Below the pieces are notes generated by a model. The model was not told the origin of the DNA. It made no database searches and saw only the letters and a list, made by a program, of their open reading frames with translations. Positions 42,809 through 54,828 of a stretch of 64,000 nt of DNA are shown piece after piece (the stretch's first letter is position 1; each line of letters starts with the position of its first letter). The position numbers and the translations under genes are program-made. The DNA lies in the NCBI RefSeq assembly GCF_009914755.1, contig NC_060927.1, one strand, 5' to 3'. The DNA is from the human T2T-CHM13v2.0 reference genome, Homo sapiens.

Positions 42809-44838
42809 ATGTCCTTATATTAAGGTGACTCATGGTCATTCAAGCATCTTGGGCTGCAGCCTCTTTGTCATTGTCATCCTAACTATAGATTATTTCAAAT
42901 ATGACAACAAACTCCAACTCCTTATACTTTCAAGGGTAACAGTATAGAAGCAACTCTGTATGCAGAAATGTCTTTGACAAGAAGTTACTCCAACTAGTTC
43001 TGTCTAGGGAGCAGTACGAATGCTCTCAGGATGGATGTTACTGGTTTATAGACTCAACACACAGGACATTTATCAAGCACTTGCAATGTGCAAACCATTG
43101 TGCTAGGTTTTGTGAAGTCTGCCAAGATGAGTAAGTTCCTGAGTGTCTGTGGACCACCAAGGCTGGAAATATAGCGTATAGTATGGCAAATTATGCTGTA
43201 CTTATTTTTTCAATATGCCATCTTTATAGTCTCTCTTTCAATGGGTATGATTGAGGCATGACTCATGAATGTCTATCTTCTCCAGAAAGGAAAGCATCTT
43301 TTTGTGACAAGATGAAAAACTGAGCATCTGTTTTCAGGTTAAGATTTACATATCATGGTCATGTGATTGCAATGGATTTTTATGAGTTTGAAAATGTTGC
43401 CCTAATTTCTTCAACAGGTCTTTCATAGTTATGAGTAATCAAAAAATACATTTCTCTCAACTACAGAATATATGACTCACAAAAAATGAAAACTTCTGTT
43501 TTACCGCTTAGTGCCAATCATATGAACTATTGGAAAATTTACAATTCTATGTCCAGCCAATGAAAATCTATCCCAGACATATAGTTAATCGGTTTATTTT
43601 TCACTCCATAACATATTCCAGAATCTCTTAGGTTGCTTTTCGTGGTAAGCAATGTGATCATGTGGTGTCTAATGTTAATGTAACCTCATATTTTTCCTAG
43701 AAACTAAATATTTGGTTCACATATAGACTAAAATAAATTTGGCTAATTAAAAAAACAACAAGCAAATAAAATGAGAAGCACATATAAAGCAAAATAAAAC
43801 AAGTGGAATTCTGTTTTGTCTTTTTATTTCATTTCTGGTGATTTTCAATCAGAATTAAAGTATTTTTTTAATCAAAGGGTAAATAACTGGTACAGCCAGA
43901 ACCCCAACTTCAGGCAGCATCAACAAGCCACTCGAGCCTGGTAACAGAATAAAAGGAAAAAAGTGAGTTAGGTTGGAGAATTTCCATTTCCACAGTGATG
44001 TTATTTCTGTATCTGTCTTCCTCTTGCCACCAAATTGTAGACCATTGCCCCTTAAATGTAGACATGACAACAAATATTTGTTTTGTTAATTCTCAGTTTT
44101 AATGTATAGTTTATGTAGAGGAAGGCAGTCAACATGAGGCATTCCTGGTAATAGTTATCAAGGCATATTGAAAAATAGCTTTTTATAAAACATTTTTAGC
44201 AAATGAAATTAAAAAAAGTATGGGTATAACTTCACAGTGCATGGCTTTCATTGAATCAATCCCATTAGCATTAGTATTTCTGTAAAGTGCACTCCATGCC
44301 CAAGGCACCTCAATTTTCAGTGGACTTGAACATGAGCAGCATTTTTTTATACAATTCTGTAATTGTTCTGCATATGTTAAAATTAAGTTAAAACTTTACA
44401 TATAAATATTTTTACCTATATGATATATATAATTTGTGTGTGTATATATACACACATATATACATTCTTTCTCCCTCTGTGTGTATATATATGATCACCA
44501 AAAATGAAATAAAAAAAGAGGGAGAGAGAGAAAGAAAAAGAGAAAGAGAATAAAAACATATCTGATTTCATACAGATTTCTAAGGGCTTAAGATTTCTCT
44601 TCATGTCCTTATGGAGGATAAAGTATTAGCAACAGAAATTTAGTACAGATTTCTTTCAATTCTGTTTTTTCACTTTTGAAATAAGCTTTATGCTGGATTA
44701 TTGTTTATTTCTTTTGAAGCCCTCTACCAATGTCACAAATCTGAAGGAATCTGTTCTCTTTCTCACTGTGCATGTCTAATTATAGGTATTACATATAGTG
44801 CAAGTATGCTAGTCTTGCACTCAAAATACTGCGTGACT

Positions 44839-45208
<370 letters not shown>

Positions 45209-46862
45209 TTATGAACTGGAGATGGTAACTTCTAACTCTCTGGGTTGTTTTGACACTTGATTGAGTCCATGAGAATGCTTTGTATATCTCAAGCAAGTTC
45301 TAATCCAGCCAGAGACATTACCATTACTTTTCATGATGGTAAGTGATTTTGATCCATTTGTGACCATTAATAGCATTTTATAGATTAGACATCACCTCAA
45401 CCAACCTTGAAAACAGCCTCTTGGATACTTGCCTGTCTTTGCAGATCTGGGCAGTAGAGAACATGTAGGCAAGCAGTGAAACAGTCTAATTCATAACCAT
45501 AAAATTCTAAAACAGAAGAGTCCTAAGAGATTATTGTGTCTTTTTTATTGTGCTAAGTATCTTTGGGTCTACAATAATGGGTAGATGATTTTGAAATTCC
45601 TACTTACAAGGCTGATCTGTGACAAATATTAGATGGCAAGTTCCTCTTCATTATAATAGGGCTGCACAATCTTTTAAAAATATAATCATAATTTTTTTTC
45701 ATTCTCGTAGACAAAACAATATTCTAAGCAAACAGCCCTAAGATTCTTTGGCTTCTACTTCCATACCTCCCCACCCCTTTCCTTTACTCCGAACCAGCCC
45801 TCTGTGTAGGAGGAGTTATATGTTTCTTTACCACCAAGAGAATACTGACATTGATTCAAATCATAAGTAGCTAGAAGCTGAATCTCATACAACTCTTCAA
45901 GATTATTCCATGATCATGTGTAATTTTTGTGTGAAATGACTCGAGTAAAATTAAATTAGTTTCTAAATAAATAAAAAATAAAGTTTAAACTAAAGTTAGA
46001 GTTAGAAAAATATTTTTTTTCACACTATAGCTACAAAATTACACTATGGAAACATTAAATACTACATTATGTCTACCGTGAGAAATAGAAGTGTAGCAGA
46101 GATTGCAAACGTGGATTCAAATTATGACTCTACCAATTTCTAGCTATGTGACTGTGGTCTCAGTTTCCTAACCAATAACAGCACTGGTTGCAGTCTAACA
46201 GCTTAACAATAACAGTACCCAACTGACAAAGACGCCGTGGGGATTCAGTAGATCAATACCTGTAAAGAACTGAGAACATTACCATAATAAATATTGGCAT
46301 TTATCATCATCACCATCATCATCATTCTACTCCCTTTTAGAAAGGGAAATCTTAAATGCCCAATATACAAACTAATCATCTTCTTTCTCTACAAATTGAA
46401 GGTTGCATTTCAACCAAATAATCTTTTATGTAAGTAAGAAGCAGTTATAGGCACAGTAACACAGCTGGTGATCTCTGTTTCGCTGTGTTCTAGCACACTG
46501 AGAAAGCAAAGTAGTGGACCTGGCTCATTAAGCTAGACTATGTTAAAAAAACTCCAAAGCACTACACTGATTTGTCTTCAACTTACAAAAACATTTATTT
46601 AAAGGACTCAGACAAAGAATAGGGCTTAACAAGTGAAAACTGGAATAGCAGACAGGCTAATAGGTAAAAGTTGAAGCAGATTCCTTTCCCTGTGTAAAGC
46701 CAACATTAGGAATAACAAGGAGAGTAGAAAGTGTTGAAATTAAGTAAGTGGGTGCCAGGGCTCATTCTCAGGGCCCTGAATTTTGGGTCAGTTCATGAGG
46801 TGCTGGAAGTTTGGTACTCCATAAAAAGTCCGATAGGTCACTAAATAACTCTCTACTTTCTT

Positions 46863-47168
<306 letters not shown>

Positions 47169-47359
47169 AATAACTCTCTACTTTCTCTCCAGACCTGGTC
47201 ACCCTGAGCTATGCCAGAGAAGTGGTCGGCATTGTATTAAATAATAACTCTATCTAGCACTGCAAGATTTTAGTGGCAGAAGTACATGAAATATAGATTT
47301 TTGGCTAAATGTTCAAGCAAATATTAAGCCCAATCCAGTGCTAAATAGAACACCATCAC

Positions 47360-47471
47360 TAGGGTGACCAACTCCTTCCTGTTTGCCCAGGACTTTTCTG
47401 ATTTTAGCAGATAAATTCCATACCTGGGAACCCCCTCAGTCCCAGGCAAATGAAAATAGTTGGTCACTCTA
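47360..47471. mobile_element. MER94-type hAT MITE
   Basis: Terminal inverted repeats tagggtgaccaact / agttggtcactcta; 8-bp TSD accatcac / accatcat. Confidence 0.85.
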
Positions 47472-48069
47472 ACCATCATAGAATGAATATCTGGATAGAA
47501 AAAATCCGAAATATTATAAAAATGTTAGTTGTTAAAATTTTCAGGAGTCAAAATTTGAAAGTTTGACCTAGTAAAGGAACAATAATTTCTCAGTACTATT
47601 AGCTGCACATTTATTAATTCAACTGCACACTGGGGATGGGAACAGATATTTACCTTCAACTGAGGTCACTGGAGAAATAAGATCTTTTTGGCTAACACTG
47701 CCAATACAGGTAACTGTTCAAGATGGAGCTGCAATCAGGATGTTAAGCTTTCTGTATTTTCTTAGGGTGATAAAACTGAGGTGAAAACTTACTTCCTCTT
47801 CAACTCCTGGTCTTGATAATTTAGTCAATGATGATGGTGCAATTTCACTGAGGCAATCCCCAAAACCAAATATTTCTCTCTCTAGTTAACTGTTTGAAAA
47901 AATCTAATTTTTATGTATAAAATTAACTGGTTTCACAACATTAATTATTGCAGCGTTTTACTCTGAATTCAACTGACAGAATCTCAAAAACTAATGCATA
48001 CAAGGAGATTTTAATCCTACCTATATCTAAAATGGTGATCCACATTTGAAAGTGAATATTATGCAATCA

Positions 48070-48102
48070 CAACACATCCAGACGACAACACATCCAGATG
48101 AC
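48070..48102. repeat. 16-bp tandem duplication
   Basis: caacacatccagacga followed by caacacatccagatga. Confidence 0.9.
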
Positions 48103-48604
48103 ATGATCTGTTTTTATTGCTGATATTGATACATTATTTAGATATGAGAGTAACATGCAATGTTATGATCATTGATCACCCGTGATTTCAGGAATGCCAG
48201 GAATGATATTGCACTTAGGCATTTTGCTATTTGAGCTTTCAAAGGCTGAGGCTGCAGCCAAAGCTGAGGAGCAGATATTGGCTAAATTCCAAGATTAAAG
48301 TCATATGTTGGTAATTGTCCATTTGGAACCACTGACCATGAGCTGAAGAAGCCTTCTGAAGCCAAATCCCTGTGAACTTCCATAAGCGGTGTCCACTCTT
48401 GAATGCTTTTCACACTGCTTCTACCGTTGACTGGCCCACTTGCTCATTCATCATACCTGAGGGCATTCAGTAGGGGATCCCCAAGGACTAGGGTAACTGA
48501 GCCAAGAGCTCACTGAGTGCAAATTCAGAAGGCTAAATTGATTATAGGATTACACAAGCATGCACAGAGCAGTGCACATGTAATGTGTGTATGTGTGAAG
48601 CATG

Positions 48605-49112
48605 TGTGATGGAAAATTTTATGTGTCAACTTGACTGGGTTAAGCAATACCCAGATAGCTGGCAAACATTGTTTCTGAGTATATCTATCAGGGTGTTTCT
48701 GGAAGAGATTAGGTTATGAATCAGTAGGCTAAGTAAAAAAGACCAGCCTCACCAATACGGGCAGGCAATCCATTAAGGGCCCAGATAGAACAGAACAGCA
48801 GAGAAAGGGCAAAATTGCTCTCTTTTTTGGAGCCAGAGTATCCATCTTCTCCTGCCCAGAGCTCCAGGTTCTTGGGCTTTTAGACTCTGAAACTCATACC
48901 ATCAACACTGCCTCCCCGCAGCCCCAGGCCTCTGGTCTCCAGCTGAACAACACCACAGCAGCTTTCCTGGCTCTTCAGTTTGCTGATGGCATATTATGGG
49001 GCTTTTTGGCTTCTAAAATCATGTGGACTAATTCCCACAATAAATACCTTCTTATATATTATATCTGTATATATCCTACTGGTTCTGTTTCTCTGGAGAA
49101 TGCTACCTAATC
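48605..49112 (+). mobile_element. MLT2-type ERVL LTR
   Basis: tgtgatggaaaattttatgtgtcaacttgactggg...cctactggttctgtttctctggagaa. Confidence 0.9.
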
Positions 49113-49148
49113 CTGAATGTTAGCAGACATTTAAAAATATCAGAGTTC

Positions 49149-49392
49149 CATAGGTGGGAATTGAAAAATGAGAACACTTGGCCACAAGGTGGGGAACATC
49201 ACATACTGGGGCCTGTCCTGGGGTTGGGGGAGGGGGGAGGGGGGAGGGATAGCATTAGGAGAAATACCTAATGTAAATGATGAGTTAATGGGTGCAGCAA
49301 ACCAACACAGCACATGTATACATACATAACAAACCTGCTCGTTGTGCACATGTACCCTAGAACTTAAAGTATAATTTAAAAAATTAAAAAAA
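49149..49392 (+). mobile_element. Short L1PA 3' end
   Basis: cataggtgggaattgaa...ggagggatagcattaggagaaatacctaatgtaaatga...ccctagaacttaaagtataat. Confidence 0.92.
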
Positions 49393-49421
49393 TGCACCTG
49401 GCATATAACAGTGCTTAATAA

Positions 49422-49940
49422 AAACTTTTAAGTGTATAGCTCAGTAGTACTAAGTACAATTACATTGTTGTACAACCATCACCACTATCCATCTCCAGAA
49501 CTTTTTCATCTTCACCAAACAAAACTCTCTACCCATTGCACAATATCCCTCCTGGCTGTGGGGAGAGAAGAACAGGGAGATATTGCATAACGGGTACAGA
49601 TTTCTGTCTCTGAATATGACTACTCTAGGTAGCTCATATAAGTGGAATCATACATTAATTTTTTTTGTGATTGGCATGTCAGCATAATGTCTTCAAGGTT
49701 CATCCATGTTGTACCATGTGTTAGAATTTCCTTCCTTAAGTCTGAATAATATTCCATCGTATGCATATACCACATATTTTTTATCCTTTCTTCTATTAAT
49801 GGACACTTGGGTTGCTTCTGCCTGTTGTCAATTGTGAAGAATGCTGCTATGAACATGGATGTACAAAGAGATGATCAACCCTCGTCTTTATTTCTTTTGG
49901 ATATATACCCAGAAATGGAACTGCTGAATCATATGGTCTA
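49422..49940 (-). mobile_element. L1MB-type 3' fragment with internal fold-back inversion
   Basis: ORF 49620-49856 is the L1 ORF2p C-terminus; 3'UTR motif tacattgttgtacaaccatcaccactatccatctccagaac. Confidence 0.85.
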
Positions 49941-50953
49941 ACTTGCTTTTGATGAAACTTGGAATTGTTCGTTTCACAAGCCTAGTATGTAGAAAGCCAG
50001 ATATGACTAGTGTGCCCCTGCTTTTCTCTGTCTCTTTTATGGCAGAACCTGCTATTCCCAGGAACAATCCAGGGGCACCCTTGCACCCTCCAACTTCAAC
50101 TCCTTTTCCCTTTTTCTATGGCTCTTCAGCATTGATTCCATCCACAGGTCCAGGCTTCTTTCAAGAACTAAATGTTAAATGTTTTTGGAATAAATTTTAC
50201 ATCTTAAGTATGGCAAACATCTTCAACAAAGTTGTAGTTTGCTCTTTAAAACTTATGTTGTCTTTTCGTTTCATTGAAAATTAAAATTTACTACAGTTTC
50301 ATCAAGCTTTTATGATTTTTAAAGCCTTATTTAAAAAAATTCTTAACTATATGAAAATTATTTTTATGAAGTTATCTTTCTCATTTAGGTTTTTATATGG
50401 AATTGATTGTGTTCTATACTGATAATTGAGTTTCTTGAGGTTAATTATAGAGTATCTTATCCCTTAGCCACTGATCTTCAATATGCAGACTCTCACAAAT
50501 CAAATTTTTGAGCATCCTTATTATTTTAGGAGGTCTCTATTCTGTTCCAAGAATCTGTTTTTCTAACTTTGCATTAATATCATGTTTTTTATGTATAAAC
50601 TTTATAATAAATCTTGATATTGGTTAGGGCACTTTCCTGTACCATGTTCTTCTTTACTATTATATTGGCTATTGTTCATTTGCTATTCTCTGACAAATAT
50701 ATAATTAGACTGTCAAGTTCTATAAAAATTCCTATAAGAACTTTTGTAGAGATTATATTAAAATATAAACCAATTTTGAGATAATTACATCTTTATGATT
50801 AGTCTTCTATATCAAGATTATAGTTTGTTTTCTTTAATATATGTCAATAAAATGTTTTAATTTTGGCTAGAAAAGAAAAAACAGAGCTAAAGTTTTAGTC
50901 ATTTAAGTTTCTGAAAACCTTCCTTAAGTTTTCCTGTAAGACTGGAGCCCCAC

Positions 50954-51292
50954 TTTTACGGTTTGAATGAATGTGTCCCTCCAAAATTCATGTGTTAGAA
51001 TTTAAACCCTAAGGTATTAAGAGATGGGACCTTAGAAGAGGGAGCACCCTAGTGCCTTTTGCTCTTCCATCCCTTCTGCCATACGAGGACACACAGTATT
51101 TGTTCCCTCTGGAGGATGCATCAATAAGGAATCATCTTGGAAGCAGAGAGTCAGAACTTATCAGACACCGAAGCTGCTTATGCCTTGATCTTGGACTTCC
51201 CAGCATCTAGAACTGTGAGAAATAAATTTCTATTATTTACAAGTTACCCAGTCTAAGGTATTTTGTTATAGCAGCAGGAACAGACTAAGACA
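50954..51292 (+). mobile_element. MaLR LTR (MLT1A/MSTD-like)
   Basis: ...ccttgatcttggacttcccagcatctagaactgtgagaaataaatttc...gactaagaca; perfect 5-bp TSD cccac. Confidence 0.88.
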
Positions 51293-52550
51293 CCCACCCT
51301 GCCAGGCATGGACTAATTCCCTTCCCTGATTCTGCATGTGAATTAGATAGGAATGATAAACCTAAGGGCCTGTACCTGTGTGTAGGGTCTTTGGGACTAT
51401 GTTGAACTGGGTGTTGTGTTTAGCTAAATTGGCAAATGTAAATTGCAATCAAGAAAATAATCCAGAACTGTGAGTAACAGCAGCAGAAACAAGTATCAGG
51501 ATTGAGGCCTGAAGCAAAACCAGGTGCAAGAAATTATTCAAGCTACCAGAAGTCAAGATAATCAGAAGCAGATGAGTCAGTAGAGTGAATGTTGAGTTGA
51601 AACAAACAGTTGAAAGGTGCAACAAATTAAAGTTTTCAGGGTTTTTTTTGGTGGTATCTACCCCAAGGCTAAAATTAGGTAATGCATCTGAGTTCTGGAC
51701 CTTGCTTCTGTATCCTACTTCTGCTGTTGAGGGCAGAGAAATCTTAATACTGTGAATGTAGAGAACTCCAGAATGACAATTGCTCCCTGCTAGACCCCAA
51801 AATTTCAACCACTGCCTGACATTACTGTTTCCTTAGTCAAAATGTGAACTGGAATACTCTCCCCAGCTCAATTACAAGAAAGCTGTGTCTGTTTCAGGCT
51901 TGGTTGTGGGTGGAAATAATCCTGTCCTAAACATTAGTAACCAGGGACTTGGATCTTCTCTGGCTCAAATTTATATTACCTCTGTATTCTGGACACTTCT
52001 GAGCCAAGAAATTAGATAAAAAGGTAGTGTAAGCTTATAATACCCTGTGGTACTTTGCAGAAACAAAGGTAAAATCTCATTCTAAGCCACTCGTGAGTCC
52101 TATTACCAACAGGTGATGTATAATGAGATGATGATTTGGGAGATTTCAGGAATTGATAGAATACTTCAGATTAAAAAGAATGACATTTTTCATTATGTTG
52201 CTAAACGGTTCACATAAGATTCCCACAATGTTTTTTTCAATATAATCACAACGGAAAAGTCACAACAGACAAATTCACATCCTGTCCAAACAACAATGGT
52301 TATATCATCCTTTTTGTTTTTGTTACCCACAAATTAAAACAAACTTTTTGTTCAATTAAATTTATTAAGTAGTTCATTTCAGGTAACAATAATATCTAAT
52401 AGTTCTGTTCTCTTCTTTATATATACATGGATCAATGTAGATATGCATACAATTTATTGTACTTTGAATTATGTTTCATGCTGAAAACTTTTGTAAAGAG
52501 GAAAGGAAGGAATTATGAAGTGAGGGAAATGTCTGAATGGAATTGGTGCT

Positions 52551-52918
52551 TAATGTGGTTTGGCTCTGTGTCCCCACCCGAATCTCATCTCGAATTGTAA
52601 TCCCCACGTGTTGAGGGAGGGACTTATAATCTGCACGTGTCAAGGGAGGGAGGTGATTGGATCATGAGGGCAGTTTCCCCCATACTTCTCTCATGATAGT
52701 GAGTCTCATGAGATCTGATGGTTTTATAAGTGTCTGGCATTTCTCCTGCTGGCACTCACTCCCTCCTGCCACCTTGTGAAGAAGGTATCTGCTTCCTTTT
52801 CACCTTTCACCATGATTGTAAGTTTCCTGAGGCCTCCTAGCCATGCTTCATGCTAAGCCTGCATAACTGGGAGTTAAATAAACCTCTTTCCTTTATAATT
52901 ACCCAGTTTCTATTCTTT
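52551..52918 (+). mobile_element. THE1D solo LTR, 5' part (split by the VEZF1 retrocopy)
   Basis: gtggtttggctctgtgtccccacccgaatctcatc...aataaacctctttcctttataattacccag. The LTR continues at 56705; 5-bp LTR TSD gtgct (52546-52550) / gtact (56732-56736). Confidence 0.92.
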
Positions 52919-54828
52919 TTTTTCTCTACATTTTGTTTATTGAGACAAACTAATTAAAAGGCACAAACATAGGGCATGTTTACATGGACATTATAACAAA
53001 CATATACATTAAAAGTGTAGGAATGTGTTGCCTTCCTGCTAAACAGAAAGTTCCTAAGCTTTTATATATACAAAAGTTGTATAATTTAATGTCCTAAAGT
53101 ACAAAAGATCATTTATAAAATTATTTTACACTAAGTACTATTTATTTTATTTTTTTGCTATGTAGTTCAACCCCCTAGAACTGTTTTGTGTAACGACACA
53201 CAGATACCTGTCCCTGAGGTAGGAAGTCTGTCTCAGATGCAAGGTATTTTGATGCTTGAACTGACACAGTAGGGTATAAACGGAAATCATCCAGTTTGAT
53301 AGTCAGTCCTGCAAACATTCTGCAAGATTAACACAACTAATTTCCATTTCTCTTAACTGCAATGATTAAAAAATGAAAAAAACCAAAAACATATTGCAAC
53401 TTAAAAAAAATCACAGCGTCTTGGTTTTAGTTAACTTTTTTTTTTTTAACACAATGCTTTAAAAACAATGTGTGGCATGATGGTATAAAGAGTATCTGTT
53501 TCCCTAGCTTTTGGTTTCTACTTTATGTACAGAGATAAAATACCCTGCTAAGAAATAAAAAGCACATGTCTCAACGTGCACAATCATTGCTGGGTTTCTA
53601 CAGGGAGTGCAGACAGCTGTCTCCCTGAAAACACCACAAAGCTGATACAAATGTTTTCTCAAAAAAAGAAAAAAAGTGATGTCCATATTTACAAAGTTGA
53701 ACAAATCTGCGCAATACTTAAGAAACAGAAGGAGAAATTTTAAAAAAGATACACTCTGCATGTTCTGAAGGGGCATATACTACCTAGTTAGTGGTTAGAA
53801 TAAAAACTATACAATTTAATATAAGACATAAACTCTAGTGAGCAACTAACACATCTGTCTCTGTTGTAACATCAACAGGCTCTGATTGGGAGACAGAGGG
53901 GCATATCACATCCCAGTGCCTCCAGAGTCTTCCAATTTAAAGCAATATATTTGAACTGTTCCAAAGTACTCCTTGGCTCCTAAACAGGAGTCCCACTGGC
54001 CTCTGTTTGTTAGGAGCCTGCCTGTCCACACACTTGACTTCTCCTCTGTCAGCTGAGGCTTTTCTTAGCAAAACACAATTTGCAGATTTAAAAACAATTT
54101 TTTTTTTTTAAAAAGTCAACTACAATGCTATATTCCATTGGGATTAATATGCTGAGCAATATTTACATCTCCAAATATCAGGTCACAATCCCTATTATAT
54201 GTTGAAGTTAGAATGATAAATTATATGTTTTGCATATCAGAGCTGGTATCACTTTTCCCACAGGGAATGCTGCCTGAAATTAACATATTCCCAAGGGTAA
54301 AATGCATATTCTCTGAAATGCATTTTATTATGACAATGCATGTATTTACTCATAAAAACAATAAACACAGACAATTCTACACTAGCTCTCAATCTGTGGA
54401 TTTAGAATTTCAGGTTAAAATCAGCCATCCACCTTGTATAGGGAGAAGAGTTCTGCTAGTGTTTACAATAAAGTGATTCCTTTGAATTAGAAATAGTAAT
54501 GCTGTTTTTTTTTTTATTTTGAAGTGGGTTCTACTTATTTATGATTGGTTTTAATTCTGGCATTTCATCTTGCCAACTACTATCCTGTTTAAGCAATGTT
54601 GTCAGCTAAAAGGAATTTCTGATTAAACTAAAGTGGTCCAGTGATAAGTTACATACACACCCTACTTTGAATAATCCCAGCCAAATTGGAGAAAAATGCT
54701 ACCACACTCTTATTAACTAATGTAATAAAATCTCCCAATTTCATGGTTTACTTTTTGCTTTAATCAACTAAAAGTTAAGTTGCTGGTAAATATTTACTTT
54801 AACCTATATTTTGATTTTATAATACTGT

